Shown here one piece after another: positions 12,001 to 21,000 of a stretch of DNA of 64,000 bases. Position 1 is the first letter of the stretch. Each line of letters opens with the position of its first letter. This DNA is from Candidatus Omnitrophota bacterium (GTDB lineage Bacteria; Omnitrophota; Gorgyraeia; Zapsychrales; Zapsychraceae), in the NCBI GenBank assembly GCA_029261065.1, contig JAJDCB010000011.1, positions 111,168-175,167 on the forward strand, given 5' to 3'. The position numbers were made by a program, and so were the translations under genes. Under the pieces are notes generated by a model, which searched no databases, was not told where the DNA came from, and saw only the letters and a list, made by a program, of their open reading frames with translations.

Positions 12001-15000
12001 TTGTTATTATAAATAGAGAGCATTTAACGCAAAGTATTTCAAATTTGTATCAACAGCATATTTCAATGACAGTTACAGATTTAAATATTAAATGGAGATC
12101 ATTTGTTATTCCAATCATTGCCGCTATGGTACATCATCGTGACGCAATTAAAGATTCTGTTGTCTTTGAATTTGGTTCTGGCCGTGGACTCCTGATTCAC
12201 GAGGCGCTTAAATTGGGTGCTAAGCGGGTGATAGGAATTGATAACAATATCGAAGAACTAGAAAGATCTGTTCAATTGTTTCGAGGATTGAAATATCCTG
12301 TAAAACTTATTCTTGGTTTGGATAATTTGAAGAATGTAAATATGCAAGAAAATTTATTAATACACGATAATATTGAGAGATGGTTGACGCTGAATGCCAA
12401 AGAGCGTCAACAAATTATGGGCACTGATGTACCTCTGTATATTGGAAATATCGGCGAGTTTTATGTAGTTCATGACATGTTGATAGATAGTTTTGTAAAT
12501 CAATCCCGTTTAACTTTCGATTTATCTATTTTGGGAGGCTATGATGGTTCAATAGGTTTTGGCACTGCAGTAACGATTGATAGGTTAAGAAAATTTGGTT
12601 GGAAGGTCAATTTGGTTCCTTCTCAAACGGGAGAGTTAGGTTTTTATGCGATTGTCTTTGGATCTGATTCGAAAATGAAAAGCTCAAACCCGCTCCATTC
12701 AAAGAGGTCAAGGTTATCTAATTCCAGCTCTATGCAAAAAAATAATCCGGAGAAGCTTGTTGAAGCTGGCTTTGTAGGTATCGGTATCGCAAAGGATAAA
12801 CAAACGGCTCAGGAATTTCGGGAAGCTCGTGCACATATTGTTATTCATGGCGATTATCGCAATAAGGATAAATTGTTATTAGCTATAGGGCATTCTTCTT
12901 CATCAAGTGCCATTATGTCTTCAGAGTACAGAAGGACACCAACGTCTTCCCCATTTATTGCGATACACGAAAAAAGAAAAGGTATTGAAGAAAATAAACA
13001 TATAACAAAATTCCTCCAATTACTAACTTTTGGCACGACCTTATTGATATCTGGCGTAGCCCATGCACAGACAGGGGATAGTGCCAATTTGGAAAACAAC
13101 GAATACGGGGCGATAGAATTTCCTGGGTTGCCGATAATTATGGAGCATACAAAACGGGTAAATATTTATACACAAGAAGGGTTTATTATTCCTGGATTTA
13201 CACCGACAGAAGAGATTGCCTTTATGAGTGTATTATTAATTTCGTTGATATTATCTGCGAAAATAATTTTTACTTACATAAAGAATAAGACAAAAGAAAA
13301 AAAGAAGGTTTATAGCGCGAAAGATATCCTTAAATTTATTTTTTCAGTGACTATTTTGGCAATCGCTTTTGATCATTTAGCGAAATTTTTAGCTGTAACT
13401 ATATTTCTAGAAACATTAGGAGATATTACTTTACATTACGTATTACGATTTCAAAGCGTTACGATTGTCATTCAACAGACATTTGAATTTGCATTAGGGG
13501 TTATCTCAATAACGTTATTAGCAAACAAATACAAGATGTTCACAGTAAAAAGTATTCAAGTCGCGATGATATCCCTTGCTCTGATCTTTGCTGGCATACC
13601 ACAAAGATTTTCTGCCAGAGGGTTACCCGTGATAGATTTTATTCCCTTAAAATTTACTCTCGGGTTTAGTCCTGCGGATTTTATGGTGGTAGTAGGTGGT
13701 ATAATTTTTCCTATTGTTGTTTTCTGGAAGTTGTATATGTGGGGCTTAAATAAAATGTTTGGTCATAAAATAGAAAATAGGGTGTTTACAATTCTATTAT
13801 TGATCAACGCAGGCTTTATAGGAGCGCTGGATTTTTACGCGCCAAGTACACTGGAGCAGTATGAGAGTATTTTGTCATGGATAAGTCTTCCCGTATTATA
13901 TGGTTCAACAAAAATTATTAGTCATTTCATCAGAAAAGTATTTGATCAACCATTAGGCAGCTCTTCTCCTCTTACAAAAATAGATCTCAAACGAATAGAT
14001 AGATTAAAAGAGCATATTGAAATAGATTACAAAACAGGAAGATTTAGGCTTATTCAATCAGTGAAAATGATGTTTCACTTCATCATGGTTCGTCATGGAC
14101 TCACCTTCGCAAATATAAAAAAGATAAATCAAGGCCTAAAATATTTTGGACCTCTTGGAAATTTATCGCCCCCTGGAATAAAGACCATTCACACGCATTT
14201 AATTTCAAATTTATACAATTATTATGAACGATACGCTTTAGAGAAAAGGTTAGTGATGGTTTCAAGTGAAATTTCAAGAGCCATCCAAACGCGAGAATTG
14301 ATTGCAGAACAATTAAGGCCGTTATACCGAGAAAGAATTGAGACGTCTGAAAGTCATTTGGCCAATGAAATGAACTTTGGAACTTTGGAGGGAAAGGCAT
14401 TTTCTGAAATAACTCCATATGAAACTCGGATGTATGAACGGATATGGGTGGATAGAAATTATTTATTGCCCTATCCACAAGGGTACAATTTTTTAAGGTT
14501 GTTTGATCAAGCTTATGAACTGCTTAACACAATTAATACAAGCTCTCATCAAACAATGACCACTCTAGTTTCTCATGGTGTCATGATCCAGGTCGCGAGA
14601 GCTCTATTGGGAGACAAGGAAATTGTCGACCAAGATGGTTGGATCGATTTGGGCCAAGGAATGTTACCAAATGCTCAATTAATTTTTATAGAGAAGGATA
14701 CGGGGCGAATAGAAATGCCATCAATATCTTTAACTTCAAGCCCTTTAACTAATGCCTTCAATCCCACAAAGCCAACTGTTCTTATGTGGGTAAGAAAAGG
14801 GGGCAGCACCCTATTTCAAACACAGGGGAATAGGACAAAAGGAATTAGGGCGCGGATCTCTAATCTTTATTCTTCTTCATCGCTAATCGACGGTGGTCGA
14901 ATACCAATACTAATAGCAGATCCTTACAAAAGTCTAATCATAGAATGGGCGAATAAGCCTGATCAAAGCCAAGACTTTTATTTAGGGGAAATACAATTAC

Positions 15001-18000
15001 GTGAGGAAGGTAGTACGGATAAAACATCGAAAAAACGATTCGTCTATGTTCGAGAAACAAAAAGAAGAGGGGCTCATGGCGATAGCGAGTCAAACTTTAA
15101 ACTTATGTTTTCTTCCAAGGAGATAAAGGTCGACAATGATGAATTTATAGAGGAATTTGGACAATTTGTTAGATTGTACAAAAAAGATGATGGTTGGCAA
15201 TTGGAGCGGTTTTATCCACTTGGTTCGAAAAGCGATATGGTTAATCCGTATGGTGGAACAGGCGTGGATACCCTCATTTGGGAGTATTTTACGACGGCCA
15301 TTAAATCACAATATCACGGTTTTTATAATTCAGGAACAGAAAATTATAGAGCTGTTAGAAGCTATCTAATCAATAGTGCGCGGGGTAATGGCTTACTTCA
15401 ATCGATAAAAATAGGACACAGTAGAAGGCAAAATTTAGAAAAAGTAAAAATGGATGGAAGGTTTTTCGGAGAGGAAAATTTTAGGGCGCTGTATATACAG
15501 AATATGAGTAGAAAAATAAAATTATTTTCATTAATAGCGCTAGGAGAAAACGAATACCAGGCGCACACGATTGATGAGTCATTTTTAGGAACGGAATTTT
15601 TAATTGATGGAGATAGGGTAGTAGTTACCTTCCCTTCAGGTGACGTCATTAAAGACGGAATAAAGGTTGGGCATATTCAAGAAGTTACAAGAACTATTTA
15701 TGTAAACAGCAAGCCAGTTTCTTCACCACTAGTAAAAATATTCTACGATAGCTTAAGCAATTCCACTCGTCAATTCTCCGGTAAGCAAAGCGAAGAAACA
15801 CAAAGAGCCATAGATGGTCAATTTACTCGTGTTGCTGGACAAAACGAGATGGATATCTTCTTAAGAGATTATGATCCAATCTTAATGGAGGTGAGGCGTT
15901 CATTACAAAATTTAATGGGTCAAATGTTTATGCAAACATCGGAGCTTCTTTCAAACGGGTTTTATTATATCAATTCGAATACACCTTCACCGAGAGATGA
16001 TTTCAACATGAAATCAAGACAGAATATTGTTTTTCGACGGTTCGGTGTCGGTGATTTAGGTTTACTTGGGCTGCACAGATCAGCAATGGTGAATAATATA
16101 GACATTAAAGGAACTGGAGACGATGGCATCTATCCATTTCTTCTCAACGATCCTTTAAAAGGTTTCAACTCAAGATTTTTAGAATTTGGTAACTTACGAT
16201 GGTTAGCAAGAGGAGAAGCATTAGTGGCATTACGTTTACAAGAAGTTGCCCTAGAAGCATTAGGTGAACCGATCATGATTTCTACGCCTTTTGATATTAT
16301 TTCGACACAATACATTCCATTTAATGGAAGTATTATTTCGTTAGAAGATTATTTTATAAACTATATTGAGCAGCATCCCCAAGCCAGAAACTATTTTGCA
16401 CAATTTAATGCAGGTAAATCTGAAAAAGTGACCAACACAAAATCTATTCAAGAAGACATAAAATATTTTTTATCAACATACGGTGTGGCGCAGCTACGTT
16501 CATGGTTGCCAACAGATATGCGATCCGCGATAACAGACATTGCGACATCAAAGGGTTTAGAGGTATTATTTGAAGAACTTTTTCGTCTTCATAATGAAGA
16601 TTTCGTTAAACCTCTTGAAGCGGGTGACCCGAATCAATATCGTTCTTTGATCAAGAAGTACAATATGTCTCAAATAATTAGCATATTAAACAAATCCGCC
16701 ATTCATTTGGGTCGTGCCATTGGTGTTATTTTAGGAATTGGAGCAAACGTTGAGCAATCTTTTGCTAAAAGAAATTTAACGGGTTTCTTTATAGGTAAAG
16801 ACTACGATGATGGATATGTACCATCAAGGTTTCAAGAGCAGTTTATTTATAAAAGAGTAGCTGAGCCAGGATTAAAATGGCACGTTTCACAAGGAGTACT
16901 CACGTTACAGGATTTGGGTGAATTTTTATTGGGCCGTGATGCAGAGAATGTGACGCGTGCTGCAGAAAAAATACTAAAAGAAACGGTATACGAAACGTAT
17001 ATACAAGTCCAAGAAACCATCATCGAAGACCCAAATCAAATTGTTTTTCAACCAGCCTTTATTAAAGGTCTTAGACAATGGCGAGACCAGAAAGGTTTTG
17101 CATTGTTGAAAGCCAAGACATCATCAGCATTAAGTCTTATTCAATCAATAAGTTATCGAGAATTGACACCATTTATTTCTGACAGCACCTCCAGCCCGTT
17201 AGTGAAATTTGATGCTAGATCCGCAACAAGTTCTTCGCCATTAAAATCCAAAGTTCTTAAAATATTTCCAAAGGAAAAAGAGACGGTTTTATATCAGTTT
17301 TTAAATAAACTAAAATCAATTATTCCTGAAAATCTCATTGATTCTGTAGATCGGGCTAGTACTTATGAGGCCTGGGACGTTCATCCGGAATATGGTTATC
17401 CTAGACGGAAGCAGGTGGAACTCAAAATTTTATTGGACAATTATAAGTATGACGCGCACACATTAAATGAGGCGGACGAAGAAAAGGCTGTTACGGATAT
17501 TCTTAAACTAGCTGCATGGATTGTTATTGGACATAAAAGTGTTTTAGGTCCAAATATAAATGAAGATAATAGGATTTTCCTTGAAAGTGTTGATGAAGTT
17601 ATGGCCCATATAAAAAATAAAAATAATATATTTAAGGTTGTTGAATATTTTAAATTAAATCGGTATAGATACTTGCCAACTATTTTAAGGGCACGTGTCG
17701 CATTTCATCTTTATAAGTCCGGAGATACAGTAAATGCAAAAAGATTGTTTATATCTGCAATGAGACAAGCACAAAAACATACTTTAGAAATAAATGATGC
17801 TTTTCGTTTATATGTTTATATTGCTCATCAACATTTATTGTTAGGCAGAATTGCTACAGGGAGGCGAATATTACGGAGAATAATGTCTGATGGGAAAATA
17901 GAAAAATCATTTGAATTGACTGTGGCTTTAAATTATTTAGATTCCGGCTATGGGTTCCATGCTTTAAAAATTGTTCAGCCTATGGGAGCAGAAGATCAAT

Positions 18001-21000
18001 TTAACTTTTATTTGCATATGGCCAGGAGAGAAGTTGATCATGGTCAATTTGATCAAATGATTAAATCAACACTTCCGATTTTAAATAATTTGATAAGGGA
18101 AGGACCTTATATTAGTAACGGATCATTTCATATGTATAACTTATTAATTCATGCGACTCAAAAGCTTAATGCGGCACAACGCATCGATGCTGCTCATCTG
18201 ATGATGAAAGAAGCAACCAGATTTGCAAAAGAAGTGAGTTTTCCTCCTGATTCAATTAAATCATTGGAACTAGAACGTTTAGTTTTGAAAATTCTCTTAA
18301 AGGTAACAAGATCAAAAAATAAATACCAAGAGATAAATAGGGCTTATTTTGCCTTGGATCAAATTCGATTAGGACAATTAGATCAAGCTATGGAGACGAT
18401 AGGTGAGATAAAATTGATTCATAATAAAATTGTCCTGGAAATCTTCATGGCAAGTTATCTGTTAATGTCAAGAAATGAAAGAAAAGCAGATTTATTAATT
18501 AGAGAGATAAAGAAACGTATGAATGAAAAAATTCGTCGAGTAGGTGTTCGTTTAATCCTTTATACATATCTTTTTGTAAAATTAGTTGAGTCAGGCTATC
18601 TCAATAAAGCTAAACAAATAGCTAATATTATTTTTAGAGAAATTCGTCAATTAAGAAAAATTGACAATGTATGGGTGGCTCGTATCAGCCAAATTATTAA
18701 ACAGGCGTTGTTAGTGACCTTGCCTGAACATGATAGGCCTTTGAGGGAATTAGGTGGATTATATCAGCATATTGAAAGGGGTATGAGTTTAGGGATTAAC
18801 GCTGCTTTTAAATTAATGATTGATATTTCTGGAAAGTTTCCAATCAATTCAGAAAATGAACAGTTATTTAGCAAGGAGGTGCACAATGCATCGAATTGGA
18901 TTCAGCACTATAAAGATGACATTGGTTTTATGTATCTATTCTATCCCGAATTTAAGCAATACGAAACCTTAGCTGAGTTTGACCAAGCTTTTCAAAAACA
19001 ATCTCAGGATCTTATTTTGAATGGATTTCCATTGGAATCTTCTAGAAGAACACAAATCCTTGTCTTTATGGGAATACGGTTTGCTGGAATTAAGACGATA
19101 GAATTAAAAGAGCTCGAGGACCGTTGGGACAAAATTCAACATTTTGAAAATAATAATCCTGGTTCATTTGCACGTGCATTTAATGATCGTGGATATCCCA
19201 TTTTGTTTATAAAATCGCTTCGTAGAAAAGTTAGAGCCGATGAGGTGAAATGGGGTAAGCTCTGGGCTCATTGGCGTCCGATTTATCATATGCAATATCA
19301 TTTGCTTCACGGAAAAACGGATGACGTTGTTATGGATGGCTTCGCAGAAGGAAAGCGTATGCCTATTTTAGATGAGAAGACAAGGGATCGGTTTTTTAGA
19401 AGAAGTTACGCTTACGTGTTGATTGAAGAGCAGTTACATAAGGATTCCTCATTAGCTGATCGTATTGGAATAATGAATACAAGAAAGTTAGATCTGTTTC
19501 TTTTTCATCATCCAGAATTGGAGAATATTCAGGATATTATATTTGAAAGAAGATCAGATGAAGAGTTTCAAAAAAGGTTTAGAAAGGCCATGTTTAAAGT
19601 GACATTGTGGATGAGTAATTTTTTTACAAATGATAAGAGCGGCCAATTTGCAAGATTGGCTCGGCTGATATTGTTTTCTTATGAATTTAATAAAGAATGG
19701 CATATGAAATTTAACGATTCTGAGAATCCGGATGATCAATTTGCTTCCTTTTATGCCTTTTTCAATGACGCCATCAATCATTTACCCAACCAACTCAATT
19801 TCTCAATCAGCCAATTTAAGAAATTAGAGGAGAGCATAAATGAATTTAGAAATCCAATATTTGAGGAAATGAATGCCGCTCATGTTGATGAGTATGAAGA
19901 TATTGATGGTGGTTTCTGGTTAGTCCCTGTTGGATTTTTAGGTTTAGCTCGAGGAAAGGCGGGCCTTGGTGATTGTTCCTTTAATTGTGGATCCGCTGGC
20001 GATCCTTTTAGCCGATTTATGAGTCAGGATGCCATAAACTATTTTGTTTATGAGGGTAATAGAGATCTAAATAGAAAAGTTACTGAAAGGTTAAAGACTA
20101 ATGAGCATGGTTTAACGGCATTTGATTTTGCTTCGGGTCAAAATCTGAAAGGTTATATTGGTTTGCATGAAGCTCAAAGTTTAAATGGAAGAAGAAAAGT
20201 GATGGCCATGGACACCATTGGAACCCCACAGATTATTGTCGAGCAACAAATTAGAGAATTATTAAAACAGGTTGAACAAGTTGCCCATGCCAAGGGTTTT
20301 GAATCAACGGCCTTACCGCACAACTTAGGACCTTCATTTACACATCAAAATAAAGAAGTCATTCAAAAAATGCCCGAATTCCGCAAGAAACGGATGATCA
20401 AATTAAGATCGTTGCACGATAGTAAGTGGCAGAAGTTTACAGAAATGTTCGGGAAAGATAAATATCATTCCATCGAAGACGGACGCTTTAGACTAGTTAA
20501 ATTGGAGGAAGAAGTATCAAGTCTAATGACACTCAGAGGTTCTTCCCCGCTTAACCGCATTGATTTCATCATCGAATTTCTTCTAGCCGGCGAACTAGAT
20601 GTAGCCCTAAAAGCTTTTCACAGAAAACCACCACAATCATCATATGATTTTGATTTTAAGACAATCATGATGGCGCTTAATATAAAATTGCCTGAAAGGG
20701 CAGGCCATGCGATTCTTGGAGCACTTGATCATCAAAGACAAGCGCATGTTATAACCAGACAATTTGTAGAACGCATTAATACAACGAGTAGAGTTGTATC
20801 AGAAGATTTACTCGTAGAAGAGAGGGTTTTACTGGAGCATACAATAGAGGTGGCCGCTTGGATATTTGACGAAATTGAACAAATTGACCCTGTCTATCAA
20901 TTGCCTCGAGATAAAGTGTTTTCTTCCTTTGGCATTTCGGGTCTTCATATCGAGAGAGACATCCATGATTTAGAACTAGATCGTAGAGCCTTAGAATGGC

